Part shown: positions 37,811-51,456 of the stretch, in pieces
Position numbering within the stretch: position 1 is the first letter of the stretch
Layout: every line of letters begins with the position of its first letter
Source: Kondoa subrosea
Taxonomy: Eukaryota
DNA: 64,000 nucleotides
Reading direction: 5' to 3'
Assembly: GCA_039545335.1 (NCBI GenBank)
Contig: BCIN01000006.1
Coordinates: 806,001 to 870,000 of the forward strand
The notes under the pieces: model-generated
Databases searched by the model: none
Told to the model about the DNA's origin: nothing
What the model saw: the letters and a program-made list of their open reading frames with translations, nothing else
Program-made: the position numbers and the translations under genes

Positions 37811-40336
37811 TTACATGCCCTTCCGAGCTACTTGAGCTGCCAACCTACTCTGCAATAGCAATGCATCGATATTCTTTGGCTATTTAGGGTAAATGAGCGA
37901 TGTTTGCAACGATATTGCGACGAGGCTTACACCGGTGAAAGATTTCCTGCATTCTGCAAACCAAGCGATTGCCATCATAATGAAGACAACGAAGACGACG
38001 ACTGATAAAGATATAAGTTGAGAGCGTTATGTCAGAATATTGAGCGCTTACCGATAACCCAATTCATTGCAGTACCAGAAGTGACGGGAATAAAAGGAGG
38101 GAAGACGAAGAAGACGGTAGTGACCACGGCGAAGATTAAAGCAGCGATATTGATCACATAGCCAAATTTGCCCAAAGTCAAAGTGCGAGCAGGGAAGCCT
38201 TCAACATCTAGAATTTTACGACCACGGAAGACGACTAAAGCGATGGGAACAATGTAGGAGAGCTCTGGTGAACAAGAGCGGTCAGCTCAAATCAGAAAAG
38301 GCGATCGGCAATGCTTACGGATGAAAACGACCGAAGCGGAAAGAATGGCATTCAGAGCGACCGAAGAGCCAAGGAAGATCAAGCCGCTATGCAGGAGTAT
38401 CGTCAGGGAGCCGCAAACGAACACTTCGGCACTACTAACAAAATGATTGTCTGACAACAGCATCAGGTTGATGCTCAAGCTCGGATAGATTATTGCTCAC
38501 CCAGACAGAACAGAAGAGCAGACTCCAGAAAGGCACTTTGAGCGTGGGGTGTACTTTGACCAGTAAAGTGCTCGCTTGCGCGAGACCTCTATCTCTTGCA
38601 AAGGCTCGAACCAATCTCGATGCTACTGTAAGAAGCCCTTGCGTTGCGAAAGCCATACTAGTTACAAATAATGAGTCCGACCTATCATGCATGTTCGAAA
38701 GCGGTTTACTCACGCTCCGACGTTGAACAATAACAAACAGGTAGCTCCAGCTCGGTTGTTCAAAGCCTGGTAATAGATTTGAAGCAGAGGTCCAGTAGTG
38801 GAAGTGATGACAGTGTCGAAGTCCTTCAGCACAAAGAGTAGGACGAGAACGAAGATCCAACTGGTGGTGCTTCCTCTATCTCGGTCAAATAGCGAGGTCA
38901 TGAGCCAACAGGTATCACTAATCGAAAGGCGGTCGACGTACAGAATGACAGCGAGTACCATGACTTTGGGTGCATTGATAGCTGGGTTAGGCATCTCCTC
39001 AATCTAATGGGCGAATATTAAGGTGCGCTATAATTAAGGGCACGTAGGCATACCATACTAAGAGACAGGAATTGAGTATCGCTAACAGCAGCAAACACAC
39101 AGTCACGTACTGTGAAATAGCATCGAAACCTGTTAAGCCAAATGTACTTTGAAGGAGACCAAGGATGAAGCAGACGCCATCAGGCCAACCAGTCTCGTTG
39201 ACCTACAAATCTCGTTAGCCGGTATATCGTTTGGCTTCTATGGTGCATACCCATTGAGTGAAAACAAACTCGGCTGGCTGGAAAGTTGGTGCAGCAACAG
39301 CGAGCAAGACAATGATGGCAACAATAATTCCAGTAAGAGACCAGTAAAAGGCGGCTTGATCCACAAGTGGCAGTAGTCGGACGGCAAAGGCATTCAGAAG
39401 GAAGGCACCGATAGTAAATCCGACGTAAATGAGAAAGATTTCTGTGTCACGGCATGTAAGCAGGGCATCTTCGAAGAGGGCCAGAGCAGTTCACGATATC
39501 TTTTCGACTCGTAGCTTTCGGACCAGAGTGATATGATACCGACTGGCAGGAAGTATGAGTACGAGTGAATTGCTTTAACTAGAGAGGAACTATATGCTTA
39601 CCGACGAAATTTGCACCAAGCGAAGATCCAGTGGCCACGAGGGCGACCCTACATCCAGAAGATCCTCAGCCCAGGACGTGAATACACCTGAAAATGCTTA
39701 CCAGGCGGCTGAAGCCATCCATCCAACGAAATACGATAGACCGACAGCGTATTTCCGGGGAGACAGCATGTAAGTCCAATCGTATTGCCCTCCTCTGTCA
39801 TCGCATTTATGAGATCGATTTAAACCGAAGGATACAAAACCCACGGAACAGGGTATACATGACAAATCTCGGCCAAAGATGCACACATGGCTAGTGATCC
39901 GACAGCAGAGACAATCAAGCCATAAATCCTGTATCATGCAATCAGAACTCTTGCTCTCTACCGATGCAAAATTTCTCGCTTACATAGATATTGGACCACC
40001 GCTAGGCAAGACCAAAGAGAGGGAAGCTGACATTGCAGTCCAAGAATTCAGCATAGCTACTCAAAAGGCATCAATTCATATTCACAAGAAAATAAGTGAG
40101 AGCAATAAGCCGTACCGAATGCCATTCCCAAAGCAGCAAGGAAACTGAAGTTTCTCTCCAGGTGCTGAGCATGGTGCCCCTTAAGGAGTAAGAAGGTAGA
40201 AATGAGCAAACGGAGTTGCTATCTGAAGAAGCCCTTGACATACAGTAAGAACACCTTCATGGCTATCCGAGCCAGAAACGACTTTGCCAAACACAATGTC
40301 GTCTTGCTTGTTCACTTCTGCTTTACCTTCCTCCAT
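37811..40336 (-). CDS. APC-superfamily amino acid/choline/GABA permease
   Basis: HLERNFSFLAALG; LPSGGP; GGQYDW; VGW...AW; GLTGFDA; EEMPNPAINAP; ASRLVRAFARDRGL; FFVFPP.IPVT..MNW. Many introns. Confidence 0.9.
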
Positions 40337-40794
40337 TGTAACAGATCCAAGTCCGAGAGATTGCAAGACAGCCGAAAAATTAATAGAATGTGGAGAACTC
40401 TTGTTATGATAAGGGTTCTAGGGCAATCAGGGATGAGAGGACACAAGCAGAATCTCGTAAAGACTGCTGTTGACTCTGTACTCGATGAGCTGGTGCTATG
40501 GGAGTAAGAGACGTGGACTCAAGTGACAGGAACTGAATCCGCCCGCGATCATCTATCTATTTAAGGAACACGTCTGGAACTGATGGCAAACGCAAGTACG
40601 ATAGCGCAGTCTTTTCAGCTATTATGCAGCAATACCACGGAACCATTATTATGCAAGCTCAGAAGCAGGCATGGGTAGATACAGAACACCAACAAACGAG
40701 GTATCTTCACGGGTATCAGATAGGTAATAATCATTCACTGCGAGATCAGCATCAGGACAAAGACTTCAGCTTCTGTAAGGGTAAAGCTCACCTT

Positions 40795-42214
40795 TCAAAA
40801 ATCATCAAATCGGAAAACGCTTCCACCTTTGTTCCCCTTCTGAACTACCTTGGCTCCACGTTCAACCGAAGTAGGACTAGCATATCTCTCCATCGCTTGC
40901 CTCATCTTGATTGCCTCATCTTCCCAAACGCTTTCTTCCACTTTCTCTTCAGTGCTCTGAATCATTTCACTATCCTTTTCAATGGTCCAATACTCTAAAG
41001 GTTGATAAACTGCTGATCCAATTCCTCTCACTCTAGTAGTAGTATTTTTCTTTCTTCCCTTTCCTTCCTCTTCTTCTTCGTGGTAATCTTCTTCTTGTGC
41101 TCGAGTTCGTTTGAAAGTTTTGTACGAAGTAGGTGGTTTGAACAGTTCTCTATTTTGACGTAATTTGTTTGAATCGAAACCAGGTAATCTAAAAGTTGTA
41201 GCAGGTCGAAAAGAAGTAATTATTTCATCATTATCAAGATAGCGATTAATTGGAGGGGGTTTGATGGAAAAGGTGGAAAAGGTTTCGTCTGCTTGGATCG
41301 AGCGACGAGAAGAAAATTTAGAGAGATCAAGACGTTTCTTGATGGGTGAAACAGGTGATTTGTTCTGATAAGCTGGTGCTAGACCATGATGAAGCTTGCG
41401 TGGTGTAGAAAGCAAATGGTTTGTTGTGATTTTCGCTGGTACAGGCGAAGTAACGTCACTCAAAATTGGAGCAGCATGAGCGATAATAGTTGGCGTATGG
41501 TCATGAACTGTATAGAACAGAACAGTAAAGTAGTTTCTAACAATGGAGGCGAAACGTACCTGGACTGGTCTGAGCAGTTTTTGCATGAGAAGCATACTCT
41601 GAAGAGCTAGACAACAACGAGACAGCATCATGATGAACGATCACCCGAGGAATTTCGGGCTGCTGAATTCCACCAGGTCCGACGGGTAGCTCAGCGAAAG
41701 GAATAGCACTAGTGACTGCTCGCTCGATAGCAAGGGGTGAAGACTGTTTGACCTTTTTCTTCTTCTTCTTGCTGGACTTGGGTCTGGTTGCTTTTCGAGC
41801 TTCTTCCGCTCTCTGACGCTGTAGATCAAAGCCTTTCATGAGGGAATCCGCACCAATCATAGCTTTAGACTTTGGTTTGTCCTTCTTCTGCTGCTGAACA
41901 GGTGTACTGTTGTTGTCTTCTTGTGCTTTGCGTTTACGATTTTGAGCAGCAGCTTTAGCAATACTGAATGGATTGTCAACGAACGTAGCTGTTTCTTCGA
42001 TAGCAGCAATATCAAGCAAGTCCTCTTCTGCGTAGTAATCTGTTTCGCCTGCTTCATTCCCTTTTGTGGAAAATGCAGGAGTGCTCGAATGCGCAGAGGG
42101 AGCTGCATTGTTCTGCTTCGTAGCAAAGGACAAGACAGGAGGAGCAATCTCATCGTCTGAGTCTTCGCTGAAGTCTAGCATGCTCGTTGACCATTCATCA
42201 TCCTTTGAAGGCAT
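40795..42214 (-). CDS. Hypothetical low-complexity protein
   Basis: Two long ORFs joined by an intron near 41510-41558; FVDNPFSIAK motif; basic NLS-like stretch KSSKKKKKK. Confidence 0.55.
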
Positions 42215-42715
42215 TTTGTTTAACTCGAACGCGACACCGAGCAAGAAGAAACAGCGGATGACGGAACAATGCTGACTCGGAGCTTGTTCTATCAAGAGCG
42301 CACAGTCTGTCCGGAAAATCGCTCTGAATGGTTTGGGAAGAAGAGGAACAAATTGTACATTTGTAGAAACTCATTCAACAAAATGGCCACTGGTTCATGT
42401 AATCGTGTGCGCTCCGTATACATGCGCCCTGCGAGTGCGAATAATGATCACAAGCGATTAGACGATGGCCCAAACTGAATGAACTACATTTGCACCAAGA
42501 AGAAAAAATGCAATATACAGGTATGCGAGATACGACCCTAACGAAGTGGTAAGTCTGTTTCTCTTGAGATGAATTTTTGAACTGAATAGAAATACGCTTG
42601 TGAGATTACTACAATTTGAACGGAACAGCTGGAGGTTCTTTTTTAAAAAATGAGGTTTGAATGGACATGGCGAAGAAAGCTTGTGGTTGATACAGTATAT
42701 AATAGGAGTGAATGT

Positions 42716-45700
42716 TTAGCCTTTGCGGAAGCTCATTGGTCGACGTGCTTGTGCAAAGGCAGAATTAAAGTCCAAAGATGCTTCTGTTGATGCCCGATGA
42801 AGTGTGTTGCGAGAAGGTAGACTCTTGCCTTTGATGGATCGCATCTTAGCTAATGGATTGACTGGACAAGGACTATCGCCTTTGACCGAAGGACTGCTGC
42901 CACTGTTTTCGTTTTCCTCTTCAACAATCTGATGGGACTCGTTGCTGATGGTAAGCTTCGATGCAAGAGGGTTATCAGCCGGATCTTGTCCAATTCCGAA
43001 AGTGAATGATTTGGCTCGACCAAGCTGAGATCGCCGACGGAACTCATCGTATGCCTTTGGGCACTCGACGGAGTCTTTCATTTGCACATACGCTTGGGGA
43101 AAGCATTGTGTCTGCGTGCAGAAGGATAAGCACAGAGCAGTAATGTTGTTCCATCAGAAATAGACTTACCGGAAAGCTTTGATACATTGCTGCATAACCG
43201 CCAGTAAGGACGTACAGCTCCGGATAGTGGACTTTAGGATATTGTTCGTGACATTGATTGCGATCCTTCTTGCGGAGAATACCAGCACTGTGATAATTAA
43301 TTTCAATAAACTATTCCGACACAAGACGATCACCATCTTAGCACTCACGCAGTAGGTGCTCTCTTTTCCGAAAATTCGCAGTGGAAAATGATGACCGTCT
43401 TTCCACCAGGCGTATGATCTCCAGATTTGCTCGGAACAGGTAAAGCTCCTTGATTGGCCCACAAACCCTCGTTTGGTCGCAAGAGGAAAGCTTCGACTTC
43501 TTCTATTGTCGGTAGATTAATGGCGCCTTTGATATGACCACCATCGTATTCCCATCTGAAGCGACTGTCGATAACCACATATCGATCAATGAGTGAAGCG
43601 TATTTGCCAGAAAGCAAGTCGTTCATCTGTCAAATCAATAGTAATGAGCTCACGCCTTCAGCAAAAGACAGGAAAAAGAAAACACTCACAACATTGGGCA
43701 TGATCCTCATCAAACCATCTTCTTTAGTACTATGGCAAGGCAAAGCTTTTCCATCCGCTTCAGAACCCCACTCTTCCGGAAATCCAGCTCCCATTCCATT
43801 AGCGTTAGAATAGTTGTTCATCTTCTTTCCAGCAGCACCGAATCCATTCAAACCACTCCCACTCAAAGGTCTTTTGCTATCGGATGCAACAACAGTATTC
43901 TTTGGTCCAAACATATTTGCCATGCTTTCACTAGCACTTGGTCCATGTCTAGGTTTGAAAGCGAAATAATCGCCCGGAGCAGAAGCGTTTCTAGTTGGCG
44001 GGATCAGACCAGAATGAGCTGGCGGAGGAGCTCCAAGTCCTAATGATTTGTATGTTGCTGTAGAAGCTATAGAAGAGGATTGATCGAAAACGGCGTCCTG
44101 AACTGAAAGAGTTCTTCTTGGTTTAAAATATGATGGTCGGCGATTTGCTTGACCTTCAAGATCTGCTCTACTCTTCTTGGCGAATTGTTGATCTTCTCTC
44201 GGTGGTGAAACTTCTACGGAAGGTGCGCGACTGCCCTGCAATGTAGCTAACGAAGGTCGACGAGAGACAGAACGATCAGATGCGCGTCTTCGTCCACTGC
44301 CGAACAAGGAAGAAGCTGTAGCCATACTTGCTGCTTTGATCAGAGGAGGCCTCGCGCTGTAATTGAGAGGTGCAAGAGGTGAGGAAGGTGAAGCGTCATC
44401 TGAAGAAGCTTCGAAAGATTGCTCAGGTTCATACGAGCGTTTCTTTGCGTTTTGAGTTTGAGTAGCAGCAGGTTGTTGTTGTTGTTGTTGAGGTAGATTG
44501 GCCGTGAAATCAACCACTGTTTGAGCAGCTTGAGGTGATGGTTGAAAGTATTCGGAAAAGGAACTGTTGCCTGACCCAGGTTGACGTTTGAAGCCCATTT
44601 GAGCTTCAGGCGATTTTGGATCAATATCCATAGCATCTAGAGGTGGAGAAGAGGTTTCGATGATATCTTGCAAAGTAGAGAATGTTGGTACAGAAGGTTC
44701 AGACTGTCGAATAATTAAGCTCAGGTATGTCTATACACACTCGAATCTACTTACCACATGACGTTCATTGCTAAATGTGCCCGGCCAGCGGTTCTTTTTT
44801 AAGTTTGAGTCAGAAACAGACCGATCCTGTTTTCTAAATTCAACAGGTATAGGAGGTCTTGATTTTCCTCTGCAAACAATGGATATCAGCGCAAAGACAA
44901 GAGCCACAAGCAAGACACTGACGAATTCAGAGGATTTTGATCAAATACGTTCCCTCCAACACTTGCGCTAGCTAATCTCACGGTCGCATCTTTCAAACCA
45001 GGTCGCGGCATAACTTTCTTGAGCAATGTGTTGCCAGAAGCTTTCCCAAAGACCAAGTTGGTTTCACTTTGACTTCTTTCCCTCTTGTTGTTATTCAAGT
45101 TTGGGTTAACTTCTCTGCCAAAAGTTCTGCCTTCGAGTGCTGCCGTGTCTGGAAGAGAGCCGGCGTGTTGAGCTGTTCGACGAGGATGAGCTTCTGGAGG
45201 TGAGAGAGAATCAGCATGAAGGGAAGTAGAGGAAAGTGATCGAGGTGTGTTTGCTGTAAGTTGAGAAAAGAAAGATTTATTGAATGTTGCCGGCGGTTTT
45301 TGAAGTGCCGTATGTTTTGTAGAAGCTAGAGAGCGTTTAGCGACCACTTTAGGTGCAGGATTCGCAGGTGAGATATCCATTGCGTTGGCTTGATCTGACA
45401 GATTGCTGTTGATAGACCTACAATACGACGTGTCGACAATGTCAGACATAAAGACAGATACGAGAACCTACATGCTGCTTGCGAAACTTGCATCGAAGCC
45501 AGGCGAAAGTTCACCGTCTTCGTATACAACTGCACTATCTCCTGCTTGAACGCCATCTTCCTCATCTGTTGCGCCTTCCTCGACGTATGCTTGATCCACA
45601 GGACTGGAACAAACGTCTGGATCCTCCTCTTGTTGATCTGCGCACCCAAAGACATTCCAATGAGAGGCTGGTTGTGACGAAAGAGGTGATGAAGGAAACA

Positions 45701-45722
45701 AAGGTGCCGCTATTTCAGCCAT
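42716..45722 (-). CDS. CDC25: M-phase inducer tyrosine phosphatase Cdc25/Mih1
   Basis: LPCHSTKEDGLMRI; IDSRFRWEYDGGHIKGAIN; catalytic IFHCEFSEKRAP; HYPELYVL.GGY; long SP-rich N-terminus. Confidence 0.95.
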
Positions 45723-46457
45723 GACAGTGAAGGTATGCTAGAAGTAGTGGTTGAAGCCTTGATCTTGCTGGGCTTGTAGTATCTTATTGTAGTATCAAAA
45801 GCATGCGCCAAACAAAGGTTCGGATCTTGTATGATGCCGTGATAAACAGCAAATCCAAGCAGTAGCAGCAGGCGTAGATGAATTGATAGTCCCCAAGATG
45901 AAATCCACGAGGCGTGTTGTGACAAGGAACAAGCAGAAGATTTGCGAAATAGTGGGAAAGAAAACAAAGTCGTGAAAAAGCTGGTACCGCTCTTGAACGA
46001 CTTGATGTTCTTGCTGGCCGGGCGTGTAGATTGTGCTGTGTGAGCGTGAGGTGCAAGAAGAAAGCGCGAAAACCCGAGGGCACGAGTTCCCTTTCCAAAA
46101 GTTGTCCGATGTTGGATGTTGAGATGAAGTGTGGGAAACTTGTTAAACTTTATTGGCGCGTTGGAGTCGAGAGCACCTTCCGACGGAAAAGGGACAAAAC
46201 GACCTAATTGTATGCCTATAGTTGCACGAGACAAAGGAATAATGCACAAAACCCGAAATACATGTAGAGATGATCTCATACAAATAGATGTCCTTGACAA
46301 TTGGTATTTTGATGCAAAGCGTAGGAGTAGTAGTACAGTATAAGACGACAGGTTAGTACGAACGACCTGTTTTGTAGGCGAGATTAGCTTTGTAATGTAA
46401 AACCCCGCGCACGACTCACTCGACAAGTACAGCTGAGGACAGGGTAGGTAGTAGTAT

Positions 46458-49400
46458 TCACAGCCAGATATAATGTTCTGTCTAAAGATTAGCCTTGACA
46501 GATGCAATCAAGAAGAAGAAGCACACACCGATAGAATGCAAAATCTTTGTGAAAACACTTTCACTTCTTAAAGCAGTAGCCAAATCCCTTACATCCTTCT
46601 TCTCCACCTGAATTTCATGATCACCCAACTTTTGTACTTGCGTTCTGATCTGATTCACAACGTTCAAGATCGTATCTTCTCCGGTCCTTTCTTTCTTTTC
46701 TCCTGCTTGACTGACTTCGTTCACCATGTCTTTCCTCATAGCTTTGAACACCGCTCGTAGGCTTTCACCAGCGGGCGTAGTCGGTTTATGGGATCGGGAA
46801 GTTCGAGTGGAATAGGTATTGAGTTTCGCTTCTACCATATCTGAAGCGAGACCTTCGCCTTGCATGACATGATAATTTAGAATGAAGCCGTAGTTCTCTT
46901 TTTCATCTCGAGCGAAAGAGGATAAGGTCGATAAGATGAAGGTCCCATGCGAGATGGAGTCGATGCAAAGTAGAGGAATCCGTGTAAAGTCTCTTACCTA
47001 TGCATTGAGGAGTTGACGATGAGCACTTTGTGTACATCGGGCGACTACTACGCACCTTCTGTAACGTGTATTCGTACGAAATGATATACAACGCCTTTTC
47101 GCTCAAAAGCAAGACTTTCTCTTCATAGCCTTGCGTTTGGATATCCATATCTTGGTCATCCGAAACAGGTGCTAGAAGAGTCCATCCTGATATCCGTTGT
47201 TCCCCTTCAGTGAGTAATTGAGCAGAGCAAGTTTCAATAGCTGTTGAGCGGATTGTAGCTAAGCGATGTAGTTCGCCAGGATCGGTCGCTGTGAGCTTGT
47301 CTTGAAAGTCGGAAAAGGAATAGAGGTTGATACCCAGAACGTAATCCTGTCAATATGATCTACAATCAACGAGTTTATCTCGCCAATATGGCAAAATGAA
47401 CTGACCAGCATACTCTGCTTGAAGAAATCGCCTATAGTGTTTTGGTACAAGCGACCTATTGAGTTGCTAGCGTCATTGAGTACTCCTCGCCAATTACGTT
47501 TCCCGGTTCTATTGCATTATAACGCACAGATTCACACATTCGAGATAAAAGCATACCTTGTAAAGTCTCCCTTGAGAGCTGAAGTACCAGCGTAGCATTT
47601 CGATATCGTATCTCCATTCGAAGCCCAAAGCTCGTTGAAGATTGAATCAAGTTTCTCGCTCACAGCAGGACTTGTGAGTAATTCAATACCAAACCGTTCA
47701 AGAGCCATGTTGAGGAAGCGTCTGGCTATAGCTGATTGAACGACATTCGTCCGATCTAAACAGTCCATGCAATTTGTGCGGAAAGTGCCTGATTGTGTAG
47801 AAAGTGTTTGATGTGACGTGCACCAGAAGAAGCTGAGCAATTCATGAGCTTGGTTTTACTTCTGATGGCGAGACATACTCATTCGCTTTCATTGATTCTT
47901 CCAGCTGAGTTGTCAGCTTGGCGATGTTCTCGTACTTCATGCCTTTGCACTCTTCATGAAAATCGAATCCAATGTAACTGTATGCAACCTTATCACTCAT
48001 GTCCAGGAACAAATGGACTAGGAAGCGTACTTGACTTTGGAATTGTTCATTTCCTGTACAGCTTCTTCGTACGCCTTGACAACCAGACCTTCTTTGCCGT
48101 GCTGTTCTGCTAGATTGATCACAGTCTTTGTAGAGTGAGATCAGCTCGTTCTTTGATTTAAGTGTCAATAAGACCCACCTGACGTCCATAGTGTTGGAGC
48201 TGTATCTGGAAGTGCTTCTGCACAGCAGCTGACTAGAGTGAGCACATAAGCGTAAAAGGGTTGAAGGCAACTCACCAGCATTGTCTTCAGCCGATCTTTC
48301 CAGAACAGGAATCGGTTTCAAGCTCCACGGGCTTTGTGACCAAAACAATGGTACTGCATAGCTGTGATCAGCACAGCTGACAGTCGGAATCAAGAAAGAC
48401 AACTGACTACTGCCTCTTGTTTGCACGAAACTAGCAACATGGGTTTCGCCAGCTCTTTCGGCGCTCAAGATGAGCTCAGTGGCCACAAAGTTCGCAGCTC
48501 CTCCTTCTGCATTGACACCTCTTCTTTGGTACCGCAAGCCAGGCCTCTCTATGCTTCTTCGCGAAATGATGTAGAGTTCTAGAGCTTGGTCTTCTCTAGG
48601 TGTTCTATCGACCGATAGAGCTGTAGGAGGAGTAGGAGTCCAGCTTATGCTTGATTTGGCAACGTATCCTCTGATTTATCAATTAGTACAACATGCTTGG
48701 CCCCAAGAAAAGGACAACGCACTGGAAGATCGGATATACGAAAGAGTCTAGGCCTTGATCCGAGAAAGGCTTGCTCAAATAGCTATTCCAGAAGAATCTT
48801 TCATCCGCTCGTTTCCATAAAGGTAAATTCTGATCTGGCTCTTGTAGCACATCCAATGATTCACTTCCTGCCTCTACTACGATTTTCTCTCCTTTCTTAG
48901 TTGATTTCGCTCGCTGACTTTCAAATGCTTGTTTCGTCTTTTGAGCCTTTTCTTGAATACTTCTAGTCGCATCAAAATCGTATGCCATCCACATCCCGCC
49001 ACTCTGGAGTTCTCTAATCGCTTCTCTGACTAATTTATGATCCAAATTCTGCCGAGAAGAAATTTCTCTGGATAACGTATCGAGCGAATCATGAGGTGTA
49101 GCTATACTAGCTTTCTCGGTTTCGCCTGAAGCTAATTTGAGATGTTGAAGGGCATCTTCTGGTTCTTCGTTCTCAGATATGACAGCTTGAGCGATATTGT
49201 TGGAAGTGGATATGCTAGCTGGTTGGGAAGAGGATAAAGAACCAGGTTTAGGCCAAAAGAGACCAGTCATCGAGAAAGAATTTTTGCGAGGTTTAGGGAT
49301 AGCTGGTACTTCTTTTTCTCCTTCTGGACGATCCAGAACAGGTGGGTCTTCAGTTGATAGAACGGAGTCAGGTTCAGTTTCACTTTCATCCTCTTCTGAT

Positions 49401-49879
49401 GAGTCTGAGGAAGATCCAGATTCATGAGAAGCATGGTTGAGTATAGCTTCTTTTGCTCCTTCGAGCGATAAAGGAATAGCCCAGACTCCAGCAATGCCAT
49501 AAATGCTTTTGTCTCCAGGTAAGGTGCAAGCCAAGTTCCGATCGCTAACGAGAAGCAAGTAGGAATTCGCAAAGCCTCTCAACAGACCAATAGAACCCAA
49601 AGCAGAGCACGAAGCTAGATCGTCATCATGTTCGAGCGGCATTGATAAACGCTCGACAGAACCATTGAGACCCCATTGAATTCGTGCTGCTTCATGATGG
49701 GTTTGCAAGACCAAGCCTTCATCTGTTGCTGTGATCGTCAAGCGAGAGGCTAGCTTTCGATGCGAAGACTCCTGTTCAGCTTCATCCGAACTTCTAACAT
49801 GGGTGACTTCAGCCTGAGGCTCATTGGCAGCATTAGCTTGTTTCTGCTTCTGCTTGAGCAAGGCAGGAAGCCACATCAT
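46458..49879 (-). CDS. SAC-domain phosphoinositide phosphatase with hSac2-like C-terminal domain (INPP5F/Sac2-like)
   Basis: DERFFWN; ISRRS..RPGLRYQRRGV; ANFVATE; QTRGS|VPLFWSQ; FDFHEEC; catalytic RTNCMDCLDRTNVVQ; LWASNGDTIS.CYAGT.ALKGDFTR; EEKVLLLSEKALY. Confidence 0.92.
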
Positions 49880-49996
49880 GCTTTGGTATCGTTATTGCGG
49901 CAGGGTATAGGATGGTCGTGCACATCAAAAAGCGCCAAGATTGAAGGATGCGAAAGGAATACATATAGAGCTCAGACGTGTACTACGAACAATAAA

Positions 49997-51202
49997 CTAT
50001 AAATAGGATGATGCAAACGGCCTAGGCATCTCTTCCAATTCCAGCAAGAACTTTGAAATATCGTCATGCGGTCTGGGAAGCACAAACGATTCGACAACTT
50101 TGTCATGCAATTGCTGTTCATCTTCGGACTCCTCTTCACTTTCCACTAGACTGCTTGTCATAGGCGATAGAGATTCTGTGCTGCTTTCCAGAGAAGAGGG
50201 TGGTTCGACAATCTCAAACCAAGGCTCTACCCAACCAACAGCTTGTTTGAGGTCTTCAACATGTACAGAAGGATGAAAGTCGAGGACGATACTCTTCTCG
50301 CCTGATTGAGGATCGAAGAGCAGTTGACTGTTTTGCGCTTGGATGCCAGATAGCTCGAGCCTATCTGCTAAGGATCGAATGCTATTTGCATGGAGATTGT
50401 GTGCTTGCGTGATGTGATGCAAGTCAGCCAAAGCAGCGCGGTTCAAGAGACGCTGAGGTCCATTTGAAGAGGAAGCAAATCGGCCAGCTTCGTATACGGG
50501 TTCGACGGGAAGAATGAAGCGAACGCCTTCAGCTTGAGTAGCTGCACGAGGGAAGTAAGAGTCGATGGAAGATTCTTCTTCTGCGACAGGGGCTGGCTTT
50601 GGAACAGCGACACGTTCTCGAACGAAGGAAGAAACTATAGAAAGTATTCAGCTAGGCTCGAAACAAGATACTAATAGAGTACGAACAAGCAGACGTCTGC
50701 TCTCGCACTGCAGCTCTTGCAGTGATCCGTCTTGGCGCCTGACCCTTGCCTTTGCCTTTCCAATTATCCGCATCGTTCAAAGTTGCTCTCAATGCCAAAT
50801 TGACATTCTGGACCACATTGTCCAGGACTGGGCGAGTGCTGCTGAAGTTTCTAGCACTGTTGAGGCCCACTTGATGAGCTGATCTTGGTACAGCACGAGG
50901 AGCTCCGCAAGCATAAGATTGATGCGCGAATGGTCGAGTTTGCTTTGTAATGACATTGTTTGGCCTTGCGAATGATGCTGACGGGACAAAAGGTTGCTGT
51001 TGAATGTGTCTTCCAGCATTAGGCAGACGAAGAACTTGTGCAGGTGCACGGGCACTGGTGGCAATGTATCTAGCTTCCTGAATAGCAAGCTTGTTTCGAG
51101 CTCTTTGAGCTATGCGGCTCAGGTCCTGCACACAATCAGTGGCTGGGTTTGGCTTGATGAAATAGTACCCACTTTGAAGACCCTGCTCGCTAAACGAATC
51201 AT
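49997..51202 (-). CDS. Hypothetical protein
   Basis: Inferred first exon MIRLASRVFK spliced into ORF 50652-51329 (VGLNSARNFSSTRPVLDNVVQNV), then ORF 49997-50446. Confidence 0.6.
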
Positions 51203-51456
51203 GGCTGATTGAAGACAACTTGAAGATGCTTCGAGCGTTTGTGACTTTCTTATAGCCACCAATGCCCATGTGCCATTCAAGTTTGATTTGAGCCATACCT
51301 TCCAATCTCAGCTCTTTGTGCGAAAGCATGCCGTAATCATTCTGTCATCACGCCTCACGTTATCTCGCTACAACCACCCTATTTTCATCTCTCTTTCATC
51401 ACCAGCGGTCTGAGGTAGTCCAGTCTCTTATCCTGCGAGCACCTCGGTCGGAAGAA

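Noticed and set aside
45710..46507. 265-aa minus-strand ORF upstream of Cdc25
   Set aside because: It starts inside the last intron of the SAC gene, spans promoter/UTR sequence and has random-looking composition.
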